Shown one piece after another: positions 9,680 through 19,474 of a stretch of DNA of 64,000 nucleotides. The position numbers were made by a program, and so were the translations under genes. The stretch is from positions 128,001 to 192,000 of the forward strand of contig CAVRAO010000012.1 of assembly GCA_963719035.1 (NCBI GenBank). The letters run 5' to 3'. The notes under the pieces were generated by a model. The model did no database searches, had not been told where the DNA came from, and worked only from the letters and a program-made list of their open reading frames with translations. Source of the stretch: Methanobacteriota archaeon (GTDB taxonomy: Archaea > Halobacteriota > Bog-38 > Methanoflorentales > Methanoflorentaceae). Every line of letters starts with the position of its first letter. Positions within the stretch are counted from its first letter, which is position 1.

Positions 9680-10552
9680 GCGAACTTGTGTTTTTGTGCG
9701 TTTCTTATTCAGTCACTTCTTCACTATCGTACTAAAGTAGGTATGCGAGGATTTATCATATTTCCAAGGTCGTCGACGCTCTAGCATAAAAACTACAAGT
9801 GATTTCACTGTTTTCCTCCCGTGAAGAGACACTTGGACCAGTTTAATCTTATGGTAACTTGGCAAGGTATTGGTAGGAGCATATCTTGTACCTTCGCTGA
9901 ACTCGCTAGATAAGCGTTTCATTAGAAGGCTAAGATAGCGTTTAAAAAGGAATTAATCGCTATTAGCTTTTTAGATCCTGTGGACTCTACCGAGCAATGC
10001 AGTATGAACTATTATGGGTGTGCACATCCCCTAGGTCATACTAGTCTAAGGTTGCCTCCTACTTGGGTATGACTCATTGAGGAGCCTAGGTCGCCTCTGT
10101 CATGTTAAATCGAGATTAACCCTCATCTGGGCATTTCAAAAGAGTACGCAGCCTTCCACTAAAAGGTTTCCACCATTTCCTGTGCAACGGCTTCGTAGGT
10201 TAGGTTATAACTAATGTTTTCAAGAGCTTTAATCTTAAAAATAGCAAATTATTAAGATCCTTTAATTATTCTAAGGTTATTTTTAGTCATATAATTAAAA
10301 TAGAGCCCATTATGACTTTTTTTAGCATCGCTCGCTGGGCGCATGTGAGACGGCAGTCGAAATGGAGCTAGAAAATATTTAAAAAGACGCCAGGGGGCCC
10401 GTTGGACGGTGCTTCCAATGGAACCTTAGCGGCTTTCGAATTCATATGTAGATATACGCTGGACTTCGCGCATTTATAAAAAGAAGGGCATCTTGGCTAT
10501 AGTAAACCTTTATTTCTAGTCCAGATTTCCAAACGGAAGTCAAAATGGAACC

Positions 10553-10567
10553 GAAATCGTTAAATAT
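10553..10567 (+). promoter_or_regulatory. Archaeal BRE/TATA promoter of the hairpin RNA, copy 1
   Basis: GAAATCG-TTAAATAT, identical in copy 2, about 25 nt upstream of a GATGC initiator-like site. Confidence 0.65.
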
Positions 10568-10588
10568 AACTCTTACAGTGTTTAATTC

Positions 10589-10675
10589 GTCGATGCTGGA
10601 GAGCGAGGGCCCGCTGTGTGGCCCTACCTCGAACCGTCTTTTAAATGCATGCGGCGGACCCCGCTCTGTATTGAC
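10589..10675 (+). ncRNA. Candidate small hairpin RNA, copy 1
   Basis: gtcgatgc/gtattgac, agagcg/cgctct, ggg/ccc, ccgctgtgtg/catgcggcgg; loop gccctacctcgaaccgtcttttaaatg. Confidence 0.65.
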
Positions 10676-10764
10676 TAAAGAAGTTATTATGGATGCCTCT
10701 TAAAGCGTGCGCAGCATTTTAAATTGCGTTTAACGTCTATAGCGCAATTGGCACGTTGAAGAGC

Positions 10765-11493
10765 TTATCCTGTTTTTTGTACCGTTCCAACTCCTGTGAT
10801 CTGCTGATGAACCTCAGGGCTACCGTGGTACCTCACGGAACCAGTTCCTGTTATGCTGACGTCTAAGCTTTTCGTCACGGTCACTTCAGCTGAACCAGCT
10901 CCTTCTATTTTAATTGAAGTCGTGTCGGTGGCGAGTTCGGAACTTCTTAGACTTCCCACGCCGGTTAATACTGCGGTGTGATTAGTTGCGTTGCCACGCA
11001 AGTTTGCGGTACCTGCGCCCGAAATCCGCGTTGTGAGTTGCGTCGTGTTAAGATGGATGTTGAACGTGCCGGCACCTTGCAGCGTAAGGTTCAACGCGTT
11101 TGTGGTCAGTAGAGAGTCGCTTATTACGGTTCCTGCCCCGTCATTGTTTATCCCATCGATGGCTGAGAGCGACACGTAGACGTTGATAGGTTTGGTCGTC
11201 ACTATCGGTTGCGCAGCGTCCACGGTTAAGATGCCGTTCGAGACCTCCGTTCGAATGCGCGAAATAACGTCGCTTTCTGCATCAACTTTTACCGACTGTG
11301 CATCGCTTTGAGTCACGCGTAGCGTGCCCGGAACAGCAAAGTTGACGCTTGTAAACGTAGCGACGTTCCTTGTTTCTGTAGCCATTGTCCCAGATCCTTT
11401 GCTTTGGTTTGTTGTGATCTGAACGCACCCGCTAATGAGAATGACGCTTGTTAGTGCTACTGTTAACACATATGCTGCCTTCATTCTCGCCAC
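10765..11493 (-). CDS. Lipoprotein with head GIN / DUF2807 beta-helix repeats
   Basis: Lipobox-like ISGC; repeated GAG/GTG turn motifs. Confidence 0.85.
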   Translation of the reverse strand: MARMKAAYVLTVALTSVILISGCVQITTNQSKGSGTMATETRNVATFTSVNFAVPGTLRVTQSDAQSVKVDAESDVISRIRTEVSNGILTVDAAQPIVTTKPINVYVSLSAIDGINNDGAGTVISDSLLTTNALNLTLQGAGTFNIHLNTTQLTTRISGAGTANLRGNATNHTAVLTGVGSLRSSELATDTTSIKIEGAGSAEVTVTKSLDVSITGTGSVRYHGSPEVHQQITGVGTVQKTG

Positions 11494-11558
11494 GCCTCCC
11501 TGACTGTGGGCTAGTGCGTTTGAGATCTATTTAGGGATTTCGCAAGAGGACGTATCAT

Positions 11559-11761
11559 TCACACTAGCAATCTCAAGACAAACCGGGCCCCGCGTCCTTC
11601 GTCGCGCTCCACCACGATCGCGTCATCATGTAACTCGACAACGCGCTTGCAAACGGCAAGGCTAAGGCCAGGGCCTTTTGTTTTATTCGTAAAAAGGGGG
11701 CTGAAAAGCTTATCTTTGATATCAGCGCGAACCGACGCCGGCATCTTCCGCGGTTATGCAT
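11559..11761 (-). pseudogene. Remnant of a histidine-kinase HATPase_c C-terminus
   Basis: LFSPLFT.KTKG.GL.LAVCKRVVELH...I.V...EGRGARF.L; degenerate G1 box in another frame; no N-terminal part. Confidence 0.75.
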
Positions 11762-12033
11762 ACCGCTCCGTCAGAGGTGCTGCGGGGATCGCAAGAGTTC
11801 CACCCTTGGGCATCGCTTGAATTGTATTATGATGAGATTTGTAAAAACGCGTTGCTGAGCTGAGGTTACTTGTAAGCTCAGTTCTGATCAAATCTGCAGG
11901 CATGCAAGTCTCAGATTCAAGCGCTTTATGAATGACAGTTAAGCAAATAGCAGCCCCTCTTTAAACATCTAGAAGGCCATTTCTGTGAATAAAAATTAAT
12001 AGCATTAAGCATCTGGGTTAGTGGGGTATACGC

Positions 12034-12213
12034 ATGGATGACGCTGTAGATCACGTATTTGAGGCGCTTTTCGCTCTAACCGACTTGCGAGTGCTACTTC
12101 GCGAGACCGCCCCTTCACACAAGCTCGATGAGGAGCAGCTGTTGCAGGCCAGCGAAGCTCTCGTCCGAGCAAAAAACGCGCTTGAAGAGCTTGAAGAGGA
12201 GCTTCAAGAATGA
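12034..12213 (+). CDS. 59-aa helical protein upstream of pscS (SepCysSn-like accessory peptide)
   Basis: MDDAVDHVFEALFALTDLRVLLRETAPSHKLDEEQ...; its stop overlaps the pscS start (ATGA); below the ORF-track length cutoff. Confidence 0.8.
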   Translation: MDDAVDHVFEALFALTDLRVLLRETAPSHKLDEEQLLQASEALVRAKNALEELEEELQE

Positions 12214-13382
12214 AAATCGCTGGGAACATACCGATGCGAGAGGTCGAGGAGCGCTATATCAACATCCAGCCGATCCAAGCAGCAGGCCGTTTGACTGCGG
12301 AGGCGATGAAGGCGCTCATCGTCTACGGTGACGGTTACTCGACGTGTGATCAATGTCGTAAGCCTTTTAGACTCGATAAAATAACCAAGCCACCCATCGC
12401 CGAGTTCCACAACGATCTCGCTCGGTTCCTCGGCATGGATGAAGCGCGTGTCACGCCCGGCGCACGGCGTGCGTTTCAAGCCGTTTGCCTAGCACTCGTT
12501 AAAAAAGGTGATACGGTTTTGGTCTCAGCTCTCGGACACTATACCGAATTTCTCGCCGTCGAAAACGCGAAGGCCGTAGTCCGCGAAGTTCCTGTAAATG
12601 AAGCTAATGTTATCACGGGCGACGTTATAGCGCAAAAAATCGAAGAAGTCACGCGTGAAAACGGTTGCCCGCCAGCCCTTGTCATGCTTGATCACTTCGA
12701 TTATTCACTCGCAAACGAGCATGATATTGCTGGGGCAGCGAAGGCAGCTCATCAGTACGATATTCCGATTCTGTATAACGGTGCGTATACAGTTGGCATA
12801 AAACCTGTTGATGGAAAATCACTCGACGTAGACTTCGTCGTTGGCAGTGGGCACAAGTCGATGGCGTCACCTGCACCAAGTGGTGTGTTGGCAACGACGA
12901 GCGAGTACACCGAGACGGTGTTCAGCACGACACAGATGATTGGTGACCTGACTGGACGGCAGTTTGGCGTTAAAGAGGTTCAGATGCTCGGCTGTACGCT
13001 TATGGGGGGCAACATCCTTGCCATGATGGCGTCTTTTCCGACAGTGAAGCATCGCGTTCAGGAATGGGATGAGTATGTCACGAAGTCGAATTATGTTATA
13101 GATACGCTCCTCGGCATAACTGGCAACACGTGCGTCAGCGAATACCCGCGCAAGCATACTTTGACTAAGGTGGACACGACCGGAAGCTTTGACACCGTCG
13201 CGCGGACACACAAACGAAGAGGCTTTTTCTTTAGCGACGAATTGAAGCAGCGAGGCATTGTCGGAGCTTTTGCTGGGGCGACGCGGGCGTGGAAGTTCAA
13301 CACATATGGCTTGAGCTGGGACCAGACACGCCATGTCGCAGACGCCTTTAGTGAAGTCGCTGGAAAGTACGGATTGTTATAG
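12210..13382 (+). CDS. pscS: O-phospho-L-seryl-tRNA:Cys-tRNA synthase (SepCysS)
   Basis: NIQPIQAAGRL, DGYSTCDQC, GSGHKSMA (PLP lysine), LGCT. Confidence 0.95.
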   Translation: MKIAGNIPMREVEERYINIQPIQAAGRLTAEAMKALIVYGDGYSTCDQCRKPFRLDKITKPPIAEFHNDLARFLGMDEARVTPGARRAFQAVCLALVKKGDTVLVSALGHYTEFLAVENAKAVVREVPVNEANVITGDVIAQKIEEVTRENGCPPALVMLDHFDYSLANEHDIAGAAKAAHQYDIPILYNGAYTVGIKPVDGKSLDVDFVVGSGHKSMASPAPSGVLATTSEYTETVFSTTQMIGDLTGRQFGVKEVQMLGCTLMGGNILAMMASFPTVKHRVQEWDEYVTKSNYVIDTLLGITGNTCVSEYPRKHTLTKVDTTGSFDTVARTHKRRGFFFSDELKQRGIVGAFAGATRAWKFNTYGLSWDQTRHVADAFSEVAGKYGLL

Positions 13383-13447
13383 CAAGCCGCGAACTGGTAG
13401 TTCGGCAAATACGCGTGAATAACTGCGTTTAAGGCTATGTGCGCAGC

Positions 13448-15442
13448 TTATAATTTCTTTTTAAACAATTCGTGCAGTTTTTCAGCGCCAATGATCTCCT
13501 CTTGGTCGAGCCCCCACTCGACGGGGTAAAAGACGAACGGCTTACATTGCGAGCCGCCCAATCCTCCGTGGCTCCCAACCAACTCCTCAAATGCGGCGAC
13601 TTCGTCGCTTTTCAGATCATAGACACTATTAACCAGTATGTCTGGGGCGTAACTAAAGCTGTCAGTGCGTCTCAAGTGATCGGCGGCGCGGGGGCCGAAG
13701 GCGGTGAGTGGATTCTGTCCTTCCCACCGGTCGTCGCGGAGATAATATATGCCATTGGCACCGGTTACGATTGATCCGTGCTCGTCCGATCGCACCATAA
13801 CGAAGCCTACCCACTCTTGATTGACGAGGCCCGGTATCAAATGGGGAAACGCGGCGTTGATCTGTTCGTAGCTCATGCGCTCTTGCCACTCAGTCAGGTA
13901 AACAAGACCCAAATTGCCGGAAGCCAAAACGATGGCCTGCGCTTCGTTGGCAGGCGTTTTACGGCCTCGTTTTTTTCCCCTTGTCCAGTCAACGACGGGG
14001 CTGACCTTTTGAGCGACCGCCTGTTTACGTCGAATGACGGGGTCTGCAAAGGCCTGTCCAAAGTGGTCTTGATTCGAGTCAAGAGCGCCGAATACCTTAG
14101 TATCTTCGCCCATAAGTCGTTTTACTAGGCTATCGAGATCGAAGCCACACCGTTGTTTGAACGTCGCCCCATTCGTCTGTCCGTGGTCGGAGAGGACAGC
14201 AAGCTGGTACGGTCGTGGGGCATAGTTGGTCGCGTGTTCCAGCCGGTGAAACTGCTTGTCCAGTTGTCTGAGCACTCGAAACGCAGCGTAGTCGGTGATG
14301 CCGTTGTGGTGGGCAACCTCATCGTATGCGACATACGTCGCGTAGGCCACGTCAACGCGGCCGGAGATGATGTCGCCAACTAACGTGTCAGTCGTGACCT
14401 CTCGCAGAAACACGTTGACACCGGCGCGCGTCAGGAAGTAGACGAACAGACCCTTTCGCAAACGCGGCGTGACGTTTAAGACGCGTTGCCGCACGCGACC
14501 GAAGAATTCTTCGACCACGTCCCAAATAAAGAGCGCGATTATACGGGGAAAATTCGAAGGATTCGAGTAAAAGAAGTACCACGATCTTGTGTAGAAGTTT
14601 TTCAGATCTTTCAGTCGGCTATAGGTAAAAATAGAATCGGCGGCGTCACCGGAGAAGAGGTTCGACCGACTCGCTCCATTGGTCGCTAAGAGTCCGTGCC
14701 CATTCGAAACGCGAGCTTCGATTGTGGGCGCATCTGAGAGGCCCGTTGAGACCGTGATCTTGTTGCCGTGTTCCTTTTCCACCCAGCGGAACGCGGGGAT
14801 ATCGTTATTGTTTCCGTGCAAAATGCCCGCCTGGCTCGCCCCCGTTTGACTGGATAAGTCGGTTTCCCACGAGGTCAGCTCGTGGCTTCCTCGTTTGAGC
14901 CAACTGGCGAGTGTCGGCATATATCCTTTGGTGAGAGCTTGTCGAAGCACCGAGTCTGCCAGACCATCAATCTCAAGGAAAATAACCCCTGCTGCGTCTG
15001 TCCGAACTGCCCCCTTTGCTTTCCGGGCCTCTTTTTGTAGGACATTGCGGTAGTACCACGCGTCATCATCGCTCGTGAGGAGGCTTGCGAGCACGACGTT
15101 TATCGCAGCCAATCCAATGGGGGTTAAAATGAGCGCTCCTAACCCTTCAACGGTCACACCGGGTACGAATTCGCTTGTAAGCCATATCAATAACGCGTTG
15201 AGCAGTAACGCCCCGACGCCGAAGGTGTAGGCGAGAAACGGCAGTGTAAGTCGAGAGAGGATTGGCCACAAGATAGCATTTAAAATACCGAGCACTGCCA
15301 CAAACACGAGGGCCGTTTCAAAACTGTTGACGCTCAATCCTGGAATCAAGCGGATAAGGAGAAGGAGTCCGAGTGCTTCACCGACCCAAATCACCAACGT
15401 TCGGTAGACGTAGCGCCAATAAAACCTTGGCCTGTTTTCCAT
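13448..15442 (-). CDS. 4-TM holin-like (DUF360) domain fused to an alkaline-phosphatase/phosphodiesterase-family domain
   Basis: Hydrophobic N-terminus; EIDGL, SSQTGASQ, YDEVAHH, LSDHGQ, GSHGGLGG. Confidence 0.85.
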   Translation of the reverse strand: MENRPRFYWRYVYRTLVIWVGEALGLLLLIRLIPGLSVNSFETALVFVAVLGILNAILWPILSRLTLPFLAYTFGVGALLLNALLIWLTSEFVPGVTVEGLGALILTPIGLAAINVVLASLLTSDDDAWYYRNVLQKEARKAKGAVRTDAAGVIFLEIDGLADSVLRQALTKGYMPTLASWLKRGSHELTSWETDLSSQTGASQAGILHGNNNDIPAFRWVEKEHGNKITVSTGLSDAPTIEARVSNGHGLLATNGASRSNLFSGDAADSIFTYSRLKDLKNFYTRSWYFFYSNPSNFPRIIALFIWDVVEEFFGRVRQRVLNVTPRLRKGLFVYFLTRAGVNVFLREVTTDTLVGDIISGRVDVAYATYVAYDEVAHHNGITDYAAFRVLRQLDKQFHRLEHATNYAPRPYQLAVLSDHGQTNGATFKQRCGFDLDSLVKRLMGEDTKVFGALDSNQDHFGQAFADPVIRRKQAVAQKVSPVVDWTRGKKRGRKTPANEAQAIVLASGNLGLVYLTEWQERMSYEQINAAFPHLIPGLVNQEWVGFVMVRSDEHGSIVTGANGIYYLRDDRWEGQNPLTAFGPRAADHLRRTDSFSYAPDILVNSVYDLKSDEVAAFEELVGSHGGLGGSQCKPFVFYPVEWGLDQEEIIGAEKLHELFKKKL

Positions 15443-16297
15443 TTACGAACTCTCTGAGCAAGCTAAGGTAAAAACCGTAATTTCAGGTGGGCAATTAACA
15501 CGGATCCAGAAAACGTTGGTTCCAAGACCACGACTCGTGTAATGGACCATGTCGCCGACTTGATAGCGGCCCAGCGGGTATTTCTTAGCGTGAGGCGCCT
15601 TCACTAACGTTCCTATGCCAGGGATGATGAATTGGCCTCCATGCGAATGACCCGAGATCTGTAGACTAAATCGCCCCGTCGTTGCGCTCACGTCAGCAAA
15701 GTCAGGTTCGTGGGCCAACAGGATTGCAGGACCTGAGGATGGAAGTTTGCTGAGCACGACATCCAGGCGGTGTTTGTGGAGGGAAACGCTGTCGACGCCA
15801 GCGATGTGTAACGCTGCCCCCCCTCGATGTAACGTATAGACATCATTACTGAGGTCGACGATGTTGCTTTGCCGCAATATCTCTCGAACCGCTCCCTCAT
15901 CGACCCAGTGATCGTGATTCCCGAGAACTGCGACACTCACGTCCTTTGGGTTTAGTTTAGTAAATAACGCAATCGTCTCCGTGGAATATCGATCAACCTC
16001 GTATGAGAAGAGATCGCCAATAATAGCGATCAGATCAGGGTGCTGCTGGTTGATCATTCCAATAACGCCGTCCAAGCGTTTTGGGTTGAGCCATTGGCCG
16101 ACGTGGACATCTGCAATGCTTGCTATCCTGTAACCGTCGAAGGCGGGATTTAGGTCAGGAATGGTCACGTATACGTGCTCGATCTGAAAAACGCTAGGCT
16201 CAAACCCGTCGCTTCCCATTTTTTCAGATAACGTTGTCATTGCCATCTGTAGGTTTTTTCGAAAAGCGAGGCTTCTCACATGGCGTGCTTTCTTCAT
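15443..16297 (-). CDS. Metallophosphoesterase (YkuE-like)
   Basis: DVH, GD, GNHD, HEPD, GHSHGGQ. Confidence 0.92.
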   Translation of the reverse strand: MKKARHVRSLAFRKNLQMAMTTLSEKMGSDGFEPSVFQIEHVYVTIPDLNPAFDGYRIASIADVHVGQWLNPKRLDGVIGMINQQHPDLIAIIGDLFSYEVDRYSTETIALFTKLNPKDVSVAVLGNHDHWVDEGAVREILRQSNIVDLSNDVYTLHRGGAALHIAGVDSVSLHKHRLDVVLSKLPSSGPAILLAHEPDFADVSATTGRFSLQISGHSHGGQFIIPGIGTLVKAPHAKKYPLGRYQVGDMVHYTSRGLGTNVFWIRVNCPPEITVFTLACSESS

Positions 16298-16608
16298 AAT
16301 CCTCTGTTCTCGACTTGCGTTACGCTAATCGTGACCATTCTTTATATAGCGAATATTGTGTAATAAGGGTATTTCAAAGCTTTTTGACTAGTTAGTCGTC
16401 AAGAAGCGGATGTGGCTGGGACATAAACCTTTTGACCGACAAATCTACCAGGCTATTGCACAGATTTGGTCGGTGGCAAACGCCTCAGTAACATCGAAAC
16501 TCTCATACATAAAGATTAGGAACTGAGCGTAATAATACAACATAAGTAGAATCGCTGCTCTTTATGAAGTTGTAAGCGTTAAAACGCTCTTCGAAAGAAG
16601 CCTATTAG

Positions 16609-18057
16609 CTAGAGCAAAGCTGAAAAAAGGCGCGAAATTGACTCTTTTATTTTGACAGTGGAGGACCGGTGAGCATACCGTTGTGGGGTCAGCTCGGTGC
16701 AGACCTCTAGATCTTTCTCGAACGCATCTTTCAAGGACCGGGCAACTGTTTGATCGTAAATAATTGCATTGGTCTCAAAATTCAACCCGAAGCTCCGCAA
16801 ATCCCAGTTTGCACTCCCCACTGACGCTGCGACCTCATCCACGACGATTGTCTTTGCGTGAAGGAACCCATTTTCGTATGTATACGCTCGAACCCCTGAT
16901 TCGAGCAGTTGCCCCACGAAGGAAAGCCCCGCCCAATAGACAAAGGGATGATCAGGCCGGTTCGGAATCATAATCCGCACGTCAAGCCCAGACAGTGCTG
17001 CAATCCGCAGTGCGTCGCGCACGCTGTCGTCAGGGATAAAATAGGGCGTCTGCAGATAGACCGACTCAGTTGCGGAATTGATCATCTTAAGGTAAGCCTC
17101 TTTTATTGGGTTCCAGTAGGTGTCCGGCCCCCCTGAGACTACCTGTACGGCAGCTCCGGAAGACGACACGATATCAGGGAAATAACGATGCTGGTACGCC
17201 TGTCGCTCCCCTTTTGCTGCATAGTTCCAATCAAAGAAGAAGCGAAGCTGACAGGCCAAAGCTGCATCTCCTTCAATCCGAACGGCGGCGTCGCGCCAGT
17301 ATCCCCATTTCTTAACCTTGCCGAGATATTCGTCACCAATGTTGAATCCCCCAACAAAGGCGGTCTTTCCATCGATGACCGCAATTTTTCGGTGATTCCT
17401 AAAATTTGACCGCAGGTTCAGAAAGCGTATGCGTGAAGGGAAAAAGAACGCAACCTGCCCGCCCGCACTCTTTAGGTTACAAAAAAAATTTCGCGGTAGC
17501 CGAGCACAGCCGAGGCCGTCGCACAAAACTCTGACTTCGACGCCCACCGATGCGCGCTCCGTAAGCTCGTCTCGAAGCTTGTGGCTGAGTTCATCATCCC
17601 TCCAAATATAGTATTCGAGGTGAACATGATCGCGTGCTCCTTTGATTGCGGCAATAAGGTCAGCAAATTTTTCACTGCCATCAGTGTACGCTTTAATCTG
17701 GTTGTTCGTCGAAAGCATCGAACCGTTGTCCTCAATCAGCATCAAAATCATGCGGCGGAAGACACTAGACAAATGATTGAGGGCCGGAAATTCGCGTGTT
17801 TTCAGTTCGCTTTTCTGCTGTTCGATAAGGGTTCTTAAAGCCTCATCTGCATCCTTCTTAATTCGAAACATCTTCTTTTTGCGATAATTCTGACCAAGGA
17901 AGACGTACAGGACAAACCCGACAACCGGCAAGAAAAAGAGCACCATTAGCCATGCCCATATGACTGCGGGATTTTTTCTTTCGACGAAGACGACAGTAAT
18001 AGCGAAAAGAAGATCCGAGATAAGAATTGCGATCAGTATGAGGTCAATAATATTCAT
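16609..18057 (-). CDS. cls: Cardiolipin synthase (PLD family)
   Basis: Two HKD motifs (HRKIAVID, HAKTIVVD) and an N-terminal PLDc_N TM region. Confidence 0.95.
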   Translation of the reverse strand: MNIIDLILIAILISDLLFAITVVFVERKNPAVIWAWLMVLFFLPVVGFVLYVFLGQNYRKKKMFRIKKDADEALRTLIEQQKSELKTREFPALNHLSSVFRRMILMLIEDNGSMLSTNNQIKAYTDGSEKFADLIAAIKGARDHVHLEYYIWRDDELSHKLRDELTERASVGVEVRVLCDGLGCARLPRNFFCNLKSAGGQVAFFFPSRIRFLNLRSNFRNHRKIAVIDGKTAFVGGFNIGDEYLGKVKKWGYWRDAAVRIEGDAALACQLRFFFDWNYAAKGERQAYQHRYFPDIVSSSGAAVQVVSGGPDTYWNPIKEAYLKMINSATESVYLQTPYFIPDDSVRDALRIAALSGLDVRIMIPNRPDHPFVYWAGLSFVGQLLESGVRAYTYENGFLHAKTIVVDEVAASVGSANWDLRSFGLNFETNAIIYDQTVARSLKDAFEKDLEVCTELTPQRYAHRSSTVKIKESISRLFSALL

Positions 18058-18342
18058 GTTTTTCTTTTGAGAACTCGTCCGAGATAGCGCGCTGTTGCCG
18101 TGGCTTGAATGGTTTCAGAGCAGATATTCTCTTTGATTATGTTCGGGAGCACTTCTCGCTATGCAAGTGGCAGCTGAGCTGTGAGTCTGAGGGGCCCCAT
18201 TTTGCCAGACGATTGGCACTTTGTTCATAATAAGCCCTCTCAGCATCTTCTGACTGGATCGGTCATAGCAGCCGAAACTACTTCGGCATCAATGCTCAGA
18301 GAGCGTATCATTCAGAAAGGAGTTGATCCAGTCATTCAACAG

Positions 18343-18864
18343 CTAAGGCTGCTCCAGCAGGTGAGTAACGAGGGCTCCGAATTTGCGCGCGCTCTGTTCA
18401 TCAAGCTTGTTTACTTGCTTAATCGGTACCCCTATAAGTTTAGCAAAATCCTCTATGAGCTTCCTGTCCGTATCGGAGAGCTTGTTAACGTCGAGATATC
18501 CCCCAAACACCTCGATTGCTCGAACGCGCCCTTCAGCGCGCTCTTGCAAGTCTGCCACGTACCGATGCACGAGCTCCTCTTTAGGCACTGCCCCGTAGTC
18601 GACGCAAACAACGAAAAGCGCCACGTCTTTGTCGTTTAATTGATCGCGGTTCGCGGCAAGGAAGTTCACCACACTAGGCAGTGGATGCTCTTCGTAAATC
18701 GGAGAACCGATCACGATGAAGTCGAAACCGCCCGGATCAGCTTCGGCGACGTTCCGTACAACCACGTCGACGTGTCCTTTGCTCGCTGCCCCTTCAGCTA
18801 TCCACCGCGCAACGGTTTTCGTGGAGCCGTATCGCGTGTCGTAAATGATTAGAACGCGAGCCAT
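18343..18864 (-). CDS. Flavodoxin-domain protein (HemG-like)
   Basis: YDTRYGST, GSPIY, FGG; likely start is ATG 18864. Confidence 0.85.
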   Translation of the reverse strand: MARVLIIYDTRYGSTKTVARWIAEGAASKGHVDVVVRNVAEADPGGFDFIVIGSPIYEEHPLPSVVNFLAANRDQLNDKDVALFVVCVDYGAVPKEELVHRYVADLQERAEGRVRAIEVFGGYLDVNKLSDTDRKLIEDFAKLIGVPIKQVNKLDEQSARKFGALVTHLLEQP

Positions 18865-18898
18865 GCCGCCTGTTACACCGTCCGCATGAGTGCCAGCA

Positions 18899-19474
18899 TC
18901 ACGCGTGCAGTTTCTTAAGGAGCCACGCCATATTCTTGCCAAGGGTGGTCATCGTCGCCAAGCCCTCCGCATCATTTTGCACTTCGCCGACAGCTTGGCC
19001 GATCCCGATATTCCAGTAGCTCGATCCGGGAATGATCATCTGACTGATGAGAAAGAAGTGATTGATCGAGTCAAAAGCGTGGATGGCACCAGCTCGTCTT
19101 ACAGCAACGACTGCCGCACCGACTTTGCGCTGAAATATATCGTCATTTGCCCGAGCCACGAAGCCAGCTCGTTCAATAAGCGCTTTAAGTCCAGACGAGA
19201 GGTCAGCAAAGTAAGTCGGCGAACCCAAAATGATCCCGTCAGCTTCGACCATCTTTGCGATGTACTCGTTCACAGCATCGCCAGTCACAGCGCAGCATTG
19301 ATCTTGGTTCTCCTTGCACTCGGAACACGCGATACAGCCTTGGATGTGTGTTCCTGCAAGTTGAATAAGCTCGGTGTCTATCCCCTCTTTTTCGAGTTCG
19401 CTCAACACCTGCTTAATAAGAATTGCTGTGTTACCATCCTTGCGCGCACTGCCGTTAAAAGCTATAACCTTTAT
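18899..19474 (-). CDS. Iron-sulfur flavoprotein / multimeric flavodoxin (Isf-like)
   Basis: NGSARKDGNT, CxxCxxC....C cluster motif, GSPTYF. The expected start position is an ATA codon 7 nt after GGAGG. Confidence 0.9.
   Translation of the reverse strand: MKVIAFNGSARKDGNTAILIKQVLSELEKEGIDTELIQLAGTHIQGCIACSECKENQDQCCAVTGDAVNEYIAKMVEADGIILGSPTYFADLSSGLKALIERAGFVARANDDIFQRKVGAAVVAVRRAGAIHAFDSINHFFLISQMIIPGSSYWNIGIGQAVGEVQNDAEGLATMTTLGKNMAWLLKKLHA

Larger units (their letters stand above)
10154..10675 (+). repeat. Dispersed ~530-bp non-coding element, copy 1
   Basis: Blocks match 54676-55203: 10154-10187 (27/34), 10350-10381 (30/32), 10511-10567 (48/57), GTCGATGC and GGCCCTACCTC. Confidence 0.85.

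Noticed and set aside
10029-10090. Local inverted repeats cctagg/cctagg and gtcatact/ggtatgac
   Set aside because: Short, not shared with copy 2 of the module, and no ribozyme or riboswitch core is recognisable.
10589-10675. Y RNA or H/ACA identity for the hairpin RNA
   Set aside because: GUCGA/UUGAC lacks the bulged C of the Ro-binding helix and is not kept in copy 2; there is no K-turn or ACA box.
11829-11887. Possible C/D-box sRNA (ATGATGA...CTGA...CTGA)
   Set aside because: Guide lengths are atypical, the C' box is poor, and no target can be identified without tools.
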